A DNA stretch of 37,522 bases from an uncultured bacterium (GTDB lineage: Bacteria; Hydrogenedentota; Hydrogenedentia; Hydrogenedentales; JAEUWI01). Below are positions 9,218 to 18,998 of the stretch, piece after piece. The first letter of the stretch is position 1; each line of letters opens with the position of its first letter. The notes beneath the pieces are model-generated. The model was not told the origin of the DNA, made no database searches, and was given only the letters and a program-made list of their open reading frames with translations. Location: NCBI GenBank assembly GCA_963977445.1, contig CAXBPH010000034.1:1-37522 (forward strand), written 5' to 3'. Both the position numbers and the translations under genes were made by a program.

Positions 9218-10014
9218 TGGGACTGCGCCCGCTTCTTCAGGTAGTTGATAAAGTCTTCGGGGTGGTCCGTCTGGATACCGTCGGTCCCCCACGCCAGCGC
9301 ATCGTCCCAGCAACTCGGATCGCTCTCATCGACAATGACGACCGCGCCCGCTTCGTGGCACTTGCTAACGAAGGTTGGGCTGAAATATTCCCACACGGAG
9401 GCCACCACGGCCGGTTCGTATTCCACCAGCATCTCCGCGAGAAACTTCTCTGGACCGGGGTCGGGCATGGAGATTCCGCCGTGTTCCTTGACGTACTTGT
9501 GTTCCTCGGGGTCGCAATACCAGATGACGTCTTTTTCCATCCCATGGTCTTTGACCATCTGAAAAAGGACAGCCACGTCGGCGGACTTCAGGTCGAGGTA
9601 GATACCAATCTTTCCCTTGCACAGCGTGAGAATTTCCTCGAAGGTAGGAATCCGCTCATCTTTCCATTTCACGTCGACCCGACTTCCAATATCCATGGCC
9701 TTCAACTCGGCCAGCGTAAAATCCGCCACCTTACCTTTGGCATCCTTGGTGTAGGAATCGACTGTGCTGTTGTGGACACTCACAATCTGGCCATCCTTGG
9801 TCGTACGGGTATCAATCTCGACGTAGTCCGCACCCAAATCGATGGCCCGCTGATAGGCCGCCAGGGTATTTTCCGGGGTGTTTTCATGGGCACCCCGATG
9901 GCAGACAACATAAATGCCACCATTCTTCGGCGCGGCCAATATCTCGGAAACGAGCGGCTTCTCGGCCATAGCGGGAAGACAAAGGGCAAGTATCAGGAAG
10001 GTGCGAATATACAT
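9214..10014 (-). CDS. Exported glycerophosphodiester phosphodiesterase (GDPD family)
   Basis: HRGA..PENTL, EID..TKDG..V.VH, IPTFEEIL and DGIQTD motifs; start ATG 10014 with GAGG RBS and a signal peptide. Confidence 0.92.
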   Translation of the reverse strand: MYIRTFLILALCLPAMAEKPLVSEILAAPKNGGIYVVCHRGAHENTPENTLAAYQRAIDLGADYVEIDTRTTKDGQIVSVHNSTVDSYTKDAKGKVADFTLAELKAMDIGSRVDVKWKDERIPTFEEILTLCKGKIGIYLDLKSADVAVLFQMVKDHGMEKDVIWYCDPEEHKYVKEHGGISMPDPGPEKFLAEMLVEYEPAVVASVWEYFSPTFVSKCHEAGAVVIVDESDPSCWDDALAWGTDGIQTDHPEDFINYLKKRAQSH

Positions 10015-10226
10015 GGAACTACCTCGGGTTTTGGGATTAAAGGCCCGACGACGGCAGGGGCGCAACGTTGCGGGCTCTGGGTATAATTCTTTCGTTTAGA
10101 GCCCCCCAATGTCAATCGAACCAAGATCGCGGCAATTTGATCTGTTGCAACAATTGGGCCATTATAGAGGGGAGTTGCGCTGTGATACGGTAGCGACCAT
10201 TTTGTCGTGCCCGAAAAGAGGTCTTT

Positions 10227-12206
10227 GTGAAATATTTTGCCCTGATAATTGCCCTGTTCTCCTCGTTAACGCTGTTTTCGAACGCCGACGAGCCGTCAGA
10301 CACGGTAGATTATCTCGATCAGGTCCATCCGATTCTCGCGGAACACTGCTACGCCTGCCACAGCGGTGAAAAACGCAAAGGTGGATTGCTCATGAGCACC
10401 CGCGATGGCCTGCTGAAGGGAAGCGAGAGCGGCCCCGTCGTCATTGAGGGCAAGGCGGATGAAAGCCTGCTCATTGAGCTCATCACCACGAGCGATGACG
10501 ATCTGGTCATGCCGCCCAAGGGGCGACGTTTAAACGAAAAAGAAGTGGCGACCCTGCGCGCTTGGATCAATGCCGGACTCCCCTGGGAAGAAGTAGAAGC
10601 TCAGGAGCCCGCCTATGCACCTCCCCTTCAACTGCAAGAGGTGGCCACGCCAGACAACGCGCCCAATCTGATCGATGGTCATATTCACGCCTATCTGGAA
10701 CGTAACAACCTTGAAACGCCGGTAACGACGGACGACGGCACCTTCGCGCGTCGGGCCTACCTCGACATCACGGGGCTGTTGCCCAGTCCAGCGGCACTGG
10801 TCGCTTTTGAAGCTGACCAGACGGATGGAAAACGAGCCGCCTTGGTGGATGCCCTGCTGGCGGACAACCAGGCCTATGCCGAACACTGGATGACCTTCTG
10901 GAACGATTTGCTGCGGAATGACTTTCAAGGAACCGGCTATATTGACGGGGGCCGTAAGCAGATTACCGATTGGCTCTTCGATGCCCTCTATAACAACGCA
11001 CCCTACGATGAGTTCGTACGCAACCTGATTGCCCCGCCGACCGAACAGTCGGAAGGTTTCATCAAAGGCATCGTATGGCGCGGTGACAACGCCCTTGTTC
11101 AGCAATCGGCCATGCAGGCGGCACGCAACGTGGGCCAGGTATTCCTCGGCATCAATCTGAAGTGCGCGTCGTGTCACGATAGCTTCGTGGACAATTGGAG
11201 CCTCGACCAGACCTTCGCCCTGGCCAACTGTTTCAGCGATGAACCCATGGAACTGGTGCGTTGTGAAACGGCCCTGGGCAAGCAGGCAGGTTATGGCTTT
11301 CTCTGGCCGGAACTGGGCGAAGTCGATGGTACCCTTCCCCGGGAACAGCGCATGGCCCAAATTGCGAAGCTCGTAACCACACGGGACAACGGCCCCTTCG
11401 CCCGCACCATCGTCAACCGCGTATGGGCCCTCCTGTTGGGACGGGGCCTGGTGGAGCCACTCGACTCCATCGACCTCGAGCCATGGCACCCGGCCCTCCT
11501 GGATGCACTGGCCCTTGACTTCGTCAACAGTGGCTACGACATTCGCCATTTAATACGAACCATTGCAACGTCGGAAGCCTACCAATGGCGCGCCGTTCCC
11601 CAAGACGAAATCGCCGATGCAATCTATGTATTCCGTGGCCCCACCGTGCGTCACTTGTCTGCGGAACAGTTCTACGATGCCCTGTCGACCATGACCGGTG
11701 TCTGGCAGGCCAATCCAAAGTTTATCTTGCCGAAGGACAAAACTCCTGAGGAAATTGCCCGTCAGGAGGCCCTCGCCCAAGCGGCGGCAGGTGGCAAAAA
11801 TGAGGCCGCACCTGCCGATGCCAATACGGTAGCGGGACGGAAGGAAATGGTCCGGGCGTGGCGGGTACCGTCCGACCCCCTTTCGAAGGCACTCGGACGA
11901 ACCGCACGGGAACAGGTGACTACCCGTCGGGAGACCGTCGGCACCACCTTGCAGGCCCTGGAGTTCAGCAACGGAACTACTATGTTCGACCAGATTCGAC
12001 TCAGTGCGGAAGCCCTCTCCCAACAGTGGGGCGGCACACCGGAAGGCCTTATCATCCGAATGTACCAACAGGGACTTCAGCGTCCGCCCTCGGTCGAAGA
12101 AATAAAAGTTGCCTACAGCGTGGTCGGCAGCGACTTACGCCGAGATGGCCTCGAAGACCTGTTGTGGGCGTTGACCATGCTCCCTGAATTTCAACTGATT
12201 TACTAA
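10227..12206 (+). CDS. Planctomycete-type cytochrome c / DUF1549 / DUF1553 (PSD1) protein
   Basis: Signal peptide, CYACH...KGGL..MPP, RRAYLDITGLLP, second heme motif CASCH, NRVW..LLGRGLV and EDLLWAL...EF terminus. Confidence 0.9.
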   Translation: MKYFALIIALFSSLTLFSNADEPSDTVDYLDQVHPILAEHCYACHSGEKRKGGLLMSTRDGLLKGSESGPVVIEGKADESLLIELITTSDDDLVMPPKGRRLNEKEVATLRAWINAGLPWEEVEAQEPAYAPPLQLQEVATPDNAPNLIDGHIHAYLERNNLETPVTTDDGTFARRAYLDITGLLPSPAALVAFEADQTDGKRAALVDALLADNQAYAEHWMTFWNDLLRNDFQGTGYIDGGRKQITDWLFDALYNNAPYDEFVRNLIAPPTEQSEGFIKGIVWRGDNALVQQSAMQAARNVGQVFLGINLKCASCHDSFVDNWSLDQTFALANCFSDEPMELVRCETALGKQAGYGFLWPELGEVDGTLPREQRMAQIAKLVTTRDNGPFARTIVNRVWALLLGRGLVEPLDSIDLEPWHPALLDALALDFVNSGYDIRHLIRTIATSEAYQWRAVPQDEIADAIYVFRGPTVRHLSAEQFYDALSTMTGVWQANPKFILPKDKTPEEIARQEALAQAAAGGKNEAAPADANTVAGRKEMVRAWRVPSDPLSKALGRTAREQVTTRRETVGTTLQALEFSNGTTMFDQIRLSAEALSQQWGGTPEGLIIRMYQQGLQRPPSVEEIKVAYSVVGSDLRRDGLEDLLWALTMLPEFQLIY

Positions 12207-12230
12207 TCCTTCGATTGGAGGCTTCCTATT

Positions 12231-13646
12231 ATGACAATGCAACGACGCGACTTCTTAAAAACGGCCAGTGCGGCGACTCTTTCTGCGCTGGCGGCGGGCA
12301 CACCCCGGCTGGCCCAGGCCAACAAGGCGGTTTTTGATATTGCCCCCACGGCGGACCGGGTCATCGTATTATGGATGGCGGGCGGCATGGCCCACACCGA
12401 TACCTTTGACCCGAAACACTACACCCCCTTTGAAGTGGGCATGGACCCCAGCACGGTGCTGAGTACCTTCCCCGCTGTGGAAACGGTGATTGACGGCGTG
12501 AAGTTTTCGGAGGGTCTGGAAAAAATCGGCCAAATTATGGACCGAGGCACCGTCTGCAACACCTACACGGCCGGCGACCTGGGCTTTATCCTCCACTCCC
12601 GCCATCAATACCACTGGCACACGGGCTATGCCCCACCCGTCACGGTGGCTGCCCCCCATATCGGCGCCTGGGTCGCCAAGACCCTCGGCCCCATCAACCC
12701 TGATTTGCCCGCCTTCATCGACATTGGACAAACCTTTAACGTGGGCGAGGCCGAGGAACTGAAGGCCTTCCACACCGCCGGGTTTCTGGGAAGCGAATTT
12801 GGTCCCTTCATGATTGCCAACCCCGCCGATGCGGTCGCCAGTGTGCGCCCGCCCGGAGGCATGGATATGGGCCGATTCCAGGATCGCAACAAGCTCTTCA
12901 AACGCCTGGTAGAGGCCAGTCCCATCGGTGAATACGGCAGCGGCTATCAGCAGGAATCCCTGCTCCGCTCCATGGACAATGCCCACCGCCTCCTGACTTC
13001 GCCTGCCGCGAAAGCCTTTGACTTGTCCGAGGAGCCTCAGGCTGTCTACGACGAATACAACACGGGCAAATTCGGCTTGGGCTGCCTGCTGGCCCGACGC
13101 CTCTGCGAAGCCGGCACCCGCTTTATCGAAGTGACAACGGAATACGAACCCTTCAAGCGCTGGGATACCCACGAAAATGGGCACACCCGTATGAAGGAAC
13201 TTAAGACCATGATAGACGCGCCCATCGCCCGCCTCATCCTCGATCTGGATGAGCGTGGTCTCCTGGACAACACGTTGGTTGTGCTGGCAAGCGAATTCAG
13301 CCGCGATATGGTCATGGAAGGCAAACCCGGTAAACTGGTGAAGGATCAGGTGCCCCTCCCCCAAGAACTCACCGAGCTGAAACACTACGGAATGCACCGT
13401 CACTTTACCGATGCCGGCAGTCTCCTGCTCTTCGGTGGTGGCATCAATAAGGGCGTGAAATACGGCGAGACCTCCGACGAACGTCCGTGCAAGACCGTGG
13501 ACAAGCCCATCCACATTGAAGGCCTCCACGCCACCATGTATCACGCCCTCGGCATTCCCGCCGACCACGGCTACACCACCGAAGGCCGTCCCTTTTATGT
13601 AACGAAAGACGGACTCGGCGTACCGGAGTTGGGCTTGTTTGCCTGA
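12231..13646 (+). CDS. DUF1501 family protein with Tat signal
   Basis: QRRDFLK Tat motif, LWMAGGMAHTDTFDPK, CLLARRL.E.G.RF, WDTH, SEFSR; GGAGG RBS; directly follows the PSD1 gene. Confidence 0.92.
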   Translation: MTMQRRDFLKTASAATLSALAAGTPRLAQANKAVFDIAPTADRVIVLWMAGGMAHTDTFDPKHYTPFEVGMDPSTVLSTFPAVETVIDGVKFSEGLEKIGQIMDRGTVCNTYTAGDLGFILHSRHQYHWHTGYAPPVTVAAPHIGAWVAKTLGPINPDLPAFIDIGQTFNVGEAEELKAFHTAGFLGSEFGPFMIANPADAVASVRPPGGMDMGRFQDRNKLFKRLVEASPIGEYGSGYQQESLLRSMDNAHRLLTSPAAKAFDLSEEPQAVYDEYNTGKFGLGCLLARRLCEAGTRFIEVTTEYEPFKRWDTHENGHTRMKELKTMIDAPIARLILDLDERGLLDNTLVVLASEFSRDMVMEGKPGKLVKDQVPLPQELTELKHYGMHRHFTDAGSLLLFGGGINKGVKYGETSDERPCKTVDKPIHIEGLHATMYHALGIPADHGYTTEGRPFYVTKDGLGVPELGLFA

Positions 13647-13724
13647 GCTGGAACTGCCTCCGCATGGAGCCAAACATCGCATTGGAGATGGCAGGCACAA
13701 GCGTAGCCCCAAACATCCGTCGGG

Positions 13725-13810
13725 TGCCAATGTGGGGTAGGCTTCCCGCCTGTCTCGGCAAGTGCAATGGGCAATGAAGGAAACGGAAGTCCGCCTATAC
13801 CACGGTGGCA
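13725..13810. repeat. Degenerate REP-like inverted repeat
   Basis: GTGG followed by hairpin GGTAGGC-TTCCC-GCCTGTC; outer arms TGCCAATGTGGGGTAGGC / GCCTATACCACGGTGGCA pair imperfectly. Confidence 0.5.
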
Positions 13811-13939
13811 TGTCCCTGTGGCGCAGCATCGATGCTCGCGGCCCAACAAGACGACCCAACCGCTAAACTAACGTAACCGCCTGGTGCACCCCATAATATC
13901 GACGAGGCCGAGCCTGACCACAGCTATAGAAAGTGCCCG

Positions 13940-15079
13940 ATGACCACCACCGAGACTGCAACCGCCCCGCTAAACGCCGTCGCCCCACAAAAGGAGCGAA
14001 TACTTTCCGTCGATGTACTTCGCGGCTTCGATATGTTCTGGATTGTCGGCGGCGCTGCCTTTTTTCGCGCACTCTCCAGCATGTTCGGCGGACCCATAGA
14101 GACCTTCTTTCACGGACAATTGGAACACGTAGTATGGGAAGGCTTCGTCTTCTACGACCTGATTTTCCCCCTCTTCGTATTTATCATCGGCATGTCGGTC
14201 GTTTTTTCCCTGCAGGGGCTCATCGCGCGAGACGGCAAGGTAGCGGCCTACAGGCGTCTTCTCCGCCGTACGGCCATCCTCTTCGTGGTGGGGCTGCTCT
14301 ACTATGGCGGCATGAACGAGGGCTTCGAAAATATCCGGCTCGGCGGCGTACTGCAGCGCCTGGCCCTGGCGTATCTCTTCACGGGGATGCTTTTCATCCA
14401 TTTCCAATTACGGGGCCTGCTGGTAGCCTTCGCGACCTTGCTGCTCGGTTATTGGGCGCTGCTCTCTTTCGTGCCCGTACCCGGCGTGGGTCACGTCAGC
14501 GTTGCACCGGGGGAAAACTGGACCAACTGGTTCGACGCACACTACCTGCCCCTGCGCAAACGTTTCGGCACCTACGAGGCCCAGGGCATCCTCAGCACCT
14601 TTCCCACCATCGGCAACGGCCTCCTCGGCGTGTTTGCCTCCCTAATCCTGCTCAACAAAGCTTTTGATGACCGCAAGAAGCTCACCTGGTTCATCGGTGG
14701 CGGCGCGGCCATGGTGGTGGCCGGTTATCTATGGGGTATCCAGTTTCCCATCATTAAGAACATCTGGACCTCGTCCTACGTCCTCATATCCGGCGGCTTC
14801 AGCTTTGTGCTTCTGGGAGCTTTCTACCTCATTCTGGATGTCTGGAAAATACGTTGGTGGGCACCACCCTTCGTCTGGATTGGCGTAAACCCCATTTTCA
14901 TCTACCTCGCCGTCAACGTCATCAGCTTCGAGGACCTCGCCAACCGATTCGTCGGTGGCGAAATAGCCACCATGTTCGGTCCGAACGTCGGTGCGCTGCT
15001 ACTCGCGTCAACATCCCTCGCCCTGTCCCTACTCCTGGTTCGCTTCCTCTACGTAAAGAAAATCTATATTACGATTTAG
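13940..15079 (+). CDS. NagX / HGSNAT-like (DUF5009) membrane acyltransferase
   Basis: RILSVDVLRGFDM, HVVWEG..FYDLIFPLF.F..G.S, GVLQRLAL and PIIKNIWTSSYVL; many hydrophobic segments. Confidence 0.88.
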   Translation: MTTTETATAPLNAVAPQKERILSVDVLRGFDMFWIVGGAAFFRALSSMFGGPIETFFHGQLEHVVWEGFVFYDLIFPLFVFIIGMSVVFSLQGLIARDGKVAAYRRLLRRTAILFVVGLLYYGGMNEGFENIRLGGVLQRLALAYLFTGMLFIHFQLRGLLVAFATLLLGYWALLSFVPVPGVGHVSVAPGENWTNWFDAHYLPLRKRFGTYEAQGILSTFPTIGNGLLGVFASLILLNKAFDDRKKLTWFIGGGAAMVVAGYLWGIQFPIIKNIWTSSYVLISGGFSFVLLGAFYLILDVWKIRWWAPPFVWIGVNPIFIYLAVNVISFEDLANRFVGGEIATMFGPNVGALLLASTSLALSLLLVRFLYVKKIYITI

Positions 15080-15141
15080 AGATAGCCAGAAGACGGACCT
15101 GACAGCCCAACAAGAAGTCGCGCAACAATAACACCGGCGCC

Positions 15142-15196
15142 AAAAAACAGACGTGGCCGAGGAAGTCAATATGGACTTCCTCGACCACGTTTTTTC
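15142..15196. terminator. Bidirectional intrinsic terminator between convergent genes
   Basis: 17-bp stem ACGTGGCCGAGGAAGTC / GACTTCCTCGACCACGT flanked by an A-run and a T-run. Confidence 0.85.
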
Positions 15197-15260
15197 TTGG
15201 AATACATTGGGCGGAACGACATTCGCAGACGTCCGCACCCCTGTCACCAGGTGATGTAGA

Positions 15261-15908
15261 TTAGCCCTGGGCCTTCTTCACGGCAGCGAGGAACTCTTCG
15301 TTGGACAGACGTACTTTGAAATCTGGATTGGAGAACACCCAGGTTATTTTTCCAGCGGCATCGGTCAGAAAAACGGAGGGTAGGGGCAACTGTCCCGTGT
15401 CGTGGCCGGTGCTTTCCACCAGATGCTTCTTGTAGCGTTCTGCCATATCCGGATCCATCTGGTAGGCGACGCCCATGGCCTTGGCCGCGTCCAGTTTGCC
15501 GTCAGAGTAAATATCGATACTCAGATCCGCCTTCGCTTTGGCCTCTGCGATATACTCGCTCTTATCTGGTGTAATAGCGACAAGATTTACGCCCAAGGCA
15601 TCAAGTTCTCCGGCAATTTCCTTGAGTCCCGCCAGGTGCTTCATGCAGTAAGGACACCAATGTCCTCGATAGAATACGATGGCGGCAGGTTTACCTTCGA
15701 GGGCTTTCGAAAGCTTGACCGACTTGCCTTCTTCCGTCGTCACCTTAACATCAGGAAGGGACTGACCAACGGCAAGGGGCACTGCTTTTTCCGCAGAGGG
15801 TGCTACACCTTTTACTTTTTTGGAACCCGACCCGGCGGCAACCGCCACACCACTAACGGCGATCAGAGCAATCATCAGTCCAACATGAAATAAACGTGGG
15901 GTTGTCAT
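15261..15908 (-). CDS. Exported peroxiredoxin-like (AhpC/TSA, PRX-like2) protein
   Basis: FYRGHWCPYC motif and LPLPSVF; start ATG 15908 with GGAG RBS and a signal peptide. Confidence 0.88.
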   Translation of the reverse strand: MTTPRLFHVGLMIALIAVSGVAVAAGSGSKKVKGVAPSAEKAVPLAVGQSLPDVKVTTEEGKSVKLSKALEGKPAAIVFYRGHWCPYCMKHLAGLKEIAGELDALGVNLVAITPDKSEYIAEAKAKADLSIDIYSDGKLDAAKAMGVAYQMDPDMAERYKKHLVESTGHDTGQLPLPSVFLTDAAGKITWVFSNPDFKVRLSNEEFLAAVKKAQG

Positions 15909-16045
15909 AAAAGTAGTCTCCGGAATTGAGTCTTGCAGCTTCATAATTCACATGAAAGACCGCTACCGAGTTCCAGTAGCCGCCCCCCTGTGTATTCAAC
16001 GACGATCCGCAATGAAGTCACTAGTGCCGAAAACATCCCGGAACG

Positions 16046-18211
16046 CTAACTCAAATCACGGTCCCGCAAGAGACGGAGACCGTTGAAAATAACCAGCAAT
16101 GAGGCACCCATATCCGCGGCAATGGCCATCCAGAGGGTCGCCGCACCGTCCAATGCCAACAGGATGAAGATCAGCTTGAGCCCGAGGGCAAAGGCGATAT
16201 TCTGTTTGATAATTGTCAGCGTTCGGCGTGAGTGACGTATGAGCCACGGCAATCGGGACAGGTCATCGGACATGAGGGCGATATCCGCCGTTTCGATGGC
16301 CACATCACTTCCCATCACGCCCATTGCGATGCCCAGGCGCGCTTCGGCCATGGCGGGAGCGTCGTTGATGCCATCGCCCACCATGGCCACCTCGCCATGG
16401 GTGGCTACAAGTTCTTTCATGGCGTTGACCTTGTCTTCCGGCAGCAACTCCGCAAAATAACGGTCCAATCCACACCCCGCAGCGATGGCTTTCGCCGTAC
16501 CCTCGTTGTCCCCCGTGAGCATGACGACCTCTGTCACTCCAACCGCATGCAGGGCAGCGACAATCGCTTCCGATTCCGGCCGGATGCTGTCCCCCACGCT
16601 GATGAGTCCGCAGACGTGACTATCGTTTCCAATCGCCACAACGGAATGACCCGCGTCTTCCATGGACAGGGCCATATCGTGAATTTCTGGGGTCTCGGCC
16701 CCTTTTTCATGCATGAGGCGATGGCTGCCGATCCAGAAGTCACGCCCTTCAAAGCGCCCCTCCGCCCCTCGGCCCTTCAGCGCCCGAAAGTCCGTGGCCG
16801 GTTTAACCTCAACCCCTTCCGCCCGAGCTCGGGTGAGAAGGGCCCTGGCGAGGGGGTGTTCACTGCCATGTTCCAATGCCGCGGCCCGCTCCAGGAGCTC
16901 CGTCGCCGTATGTCCACTAAAGGCTTCGATACGCTGCACCTCGGGCTTTCCCTGTGTCAACGTCCCTGTCTTATCCAGGGCAATAGCCTTCAGCCGCGCA
17001 GGCACTTCAAGAAACACTCCGCCTTTGATTAATATACCCGCCCGGGCGGCCGTGCTGAGCCCGGCCACGATACTCACGGGCGTCGAAATGACCAGCGCAC
17101 AGGGACAGGCGATAACCAGAATGACAAGGGCCTGATAAAACCAGACATACCACGAAGCACCAAACAACATCGGCGGCACTAACGCAATTAACAACGCCAG
17201 AACCATCATGGCAGGGGTATAATAGCGGGCAAACTGCTCTACCCACTGTTCCGATTGTGCCCGACGTTGCTGAGCGCCTTCGACCAGCTGGATAATTCGT
17301 GCCACGGTGCTGTCGTCGGCCGTGGAGGTGGCCTTGAACTCGAAAGCGCCCTCTTCGTTGATGGTACCCGCGAAGACCCGATCGCCCGGACCAACCGAAA
17401 CCGGCAAGGACTCACCGGTAATGGGGGCTTGGTTGATGCTACTGCTTCCTTCGCTAACCTCGCCATCGAAGGGTAACTTTTCACCGGGCCGCACCAGTAC
17501 CGTCACCCCTGCGGGCACGTCCCCCACGGGTTTCTCTTCAATGTCGCCATCGTGGGGACACCGATAGCGCGCGGTGGCCGGTGTAAGATCCATCAAGGCG
17601 CTGATAGCCTTTCGTGCTCGCCCTACACTCCAGGACTCAAGGAGTAGTGAAATAGAAAACAAACAGGAAACAGCTGCTGCCTCAAACCATTCACCGATAC
17701 ATCCAGCACCGATTACGGCGGTCACCATGAGCAGGTTCATGTCGGGACGCAAGGCTTTTGCTGCATACAGCGCCTTCGGAAAAATAAACCAACCGCCAAA
17801 TAGAATAGCAATCACATAGGCAATCATGGATAGAAGGGGATAGCCAGATTCCGTTTCCCCACCCGTCAGGGCGCTGTGGATCCCACCGTTTGCCCAGTGC
17901 CACGTGAAGCCACACCCAATAGCAACGGCACTCACCCCCGCACAAAGACTGCGACCGTTCCGCTCCCAGAACGACTCCCCCTCCGCCCGGCGGGCCACGT
18001 GATCCGCCCAGGGAATGGCTTGCATGCCGGTCTTATTGATCGCTTCAATAATGTCGCCTTCTACATCGGCACCATCGGCAACGAGGAGCTTTCCATTCAT
18101 CAAATCAAAGGAAAGGGCATCCTCAGCAACCAGAGTGCGCAACGAACTTTTTATAATGGCAATTTCTTCGGCACAGTCCATGCCGCGTATTTTAAGGGTG
18201 AGATTTTCCAT
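16046..18211 (-). CDS. cadA: Heavy-metal P1B-type ATPase (Zn/Cd/Pb; CadA/ZntA-like)
   Basis: N-terminal GMDCAEE metal-binding domain, TGES, CPC, DKTGTLT, SEHPL, GDGINDAP, KQN and ADMG; AAGGAG RBS. Confidence 0.93.
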   Translation of the reverse strand: MENLTLKIRGMDCAEEIAIIKSSLRTLVAEDALSFDLMNGKLLVADGADVEGDIIEAINKTGMQAIPWADHVARRAEGESFWERNGRSLCAGVSAVAIGCGFTWHWANGGIHSALTGGETESGYPLLSMIAYVIAILFGGWFIFPKALYAAKALRPDMNLLMVTAVIGAGCIGEWFEAAAVSCLFSISLLLESWSVGRARKAISALMDLTPATARYRCPHDGDIEEKPVGDVPAGVTVLVRPGEKLPFDGEVSEGSSSINQAPITGESLPVSVGPGDRVFAGTINEEGAFEFKATSTADDSTVARIIQLVEGAQQRRAQSEQWVEQFARYYTPAMMVLALLIALVPPMLFGASWYVWFYQALVILVIACPCALVISTPVSIVAGLSTAARAGILIKGGVFLEVPARLKAIALDKTGTLTQGKPEVQRIEAFSGHTATELLERAAALEHGSEHPLARALLTRARAEGVEVKPATDFRALKGRGAEGRFEGRDFWIGSHRLMHEKGAETPEIHDMALSMEDAGHSVVAIGNDSHVCGLISVGDSIRPESEAIVAALHAVGVTEVVMLTGDNEGTAKAIAAGCGLDRYFAELLPEDKVNAMKELVATHGEVAMVGDGINDAPAMAEARLGIAMGVMGSDVAIETADIALMSDDLSRLPWLIRHSRRTLTIIKQNIAFALGLKLIFILLALDGAATLWMAIAADMGASLLVIFNGLRLLRDRDLS

Positions 18212-18392
18212 GGTGTGCTCCTTAGTTCGGGTTTACAACAGTATGCACCTACACCAGACTAAAACTCCAGCGAACCCCACACAATAGTACCGTAAATACA
18301 GGCCGCAATGATGTTGGGTTCTCATTATTGAAAGCAGATATATGGAAATTTAGAGTAAGAAACAATGGACCCTACAGGCTAGAATAAAATCC

Positions 18393-18825
18393 TTTTTTTA
18401 CCACGAAGGACACGAAGAGCAGCCGTTGGCCGCAACCCAAAAGATGGGTCGTCTTTCCCGCGAAGGGGGCTGTTGACTGAGTCCAACTGCACGATGAAAA
18501 CTTGTCTGACCATGCAACTGTTGGCGGCACGTCATTCCCGCGCACGCGGGAATCCAGCGGGTATCATCCCTGTCTGTGTTCGCGTTACTGGATCCCCGCG
18601 TTCGCGAGGATGACAGCTCCGAAAAATATACGGCGACAATATGTTATGAAGTTTCTTTCCAACAAAACGTTGCGATAGTAGCCGATGGAATGCGACACAT
18701 ATTCGAAAGCATCGGAATAAGAAAACAAAATATGTTACTTACGTTATGGGGTGGTCTCCGGTTAAAAGATTTTCTATTTCTTCTTTTTTTACTTCGTGCT
18801 CTTCGTGGCCTTCGTGGTCAAAAAA
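18393..18825. mobile_element. Nested miniature inverted-repeat element (MITE/REP-like), no transposase
   Basis: Outer inverted repeats ACCACGAAGG[A/C]CACGAAGAGCA at 18400-18421 and 18797-18818 (21 of 22 nt match), flanked by T and A runs. Confidence 0.7.
18531..18614. repeat. Inverted pair of GTCATTCCCGCG..GCGGGAATCCAG palindromic repeats (dRS3/RPE-like)
   Basis: 18531-18557 GTCATTCCCGCGCACGCGGGAATCCAG and inverted copy at 18588-18614 (23 of 27 nt match); truncated third copy at 18451-18466. Confidence 0.85.
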
Positions 18826-18936
18826 CTCTCGCACCATTCAGCCAAATGGATAGGTTGAAAAAAGGCACGTCATAAAAACAAACAAACAAAGGCTGTCACC
18901 CGCTGCGTATTCAACGGCTGGGAAGTTGGCCAATGT

Positions 18937-18989
18937 AAAAAGAAGCACCGGCCGCAGAAAATGGAACGCCTGCGGCCGGCGCGTTTCTT
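18937..18989 (-). terminator. Intrinsic terminator of czcA
   Basis: Minus strand: GCGCCGGCCGCAG-loop-CTGCGGCCGGTGC then TTCTTTTT, right after the stop. Confidence 0.85.
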
Positions 18990-18998
18990 GACGCTACG

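Noticed and set aside
9217..10086. 289-aa plus-strand ORF covering the whole GDPD gene
   Set aside because: Antisense frame with no recognisable motif; expected from codon bias at this GC content.
10530..13859. Long minus-strand ORFs (339, 172 and 496 aa) opposite PSD1/DUF1501
   Set aside because: Antisense shadows of well-supported genes.
18212..18392. MerR/CadR-type operator upstream of cadA
   Set aside because: No 19-20 bp spacer promoter with dyad symmetry could be found.
18576..18875. 99-aa ORF in the czcA-cadA gap
   Set aside because: Translates repeat sequences (LDPRVREDD, LRALRGLRG); no transposase features.
15990..18920. Shared 10-mer GTATTCAACG near 15992 and 18908
   Set aside because: Too short to distinguish from chance, with no consistent flanking context.
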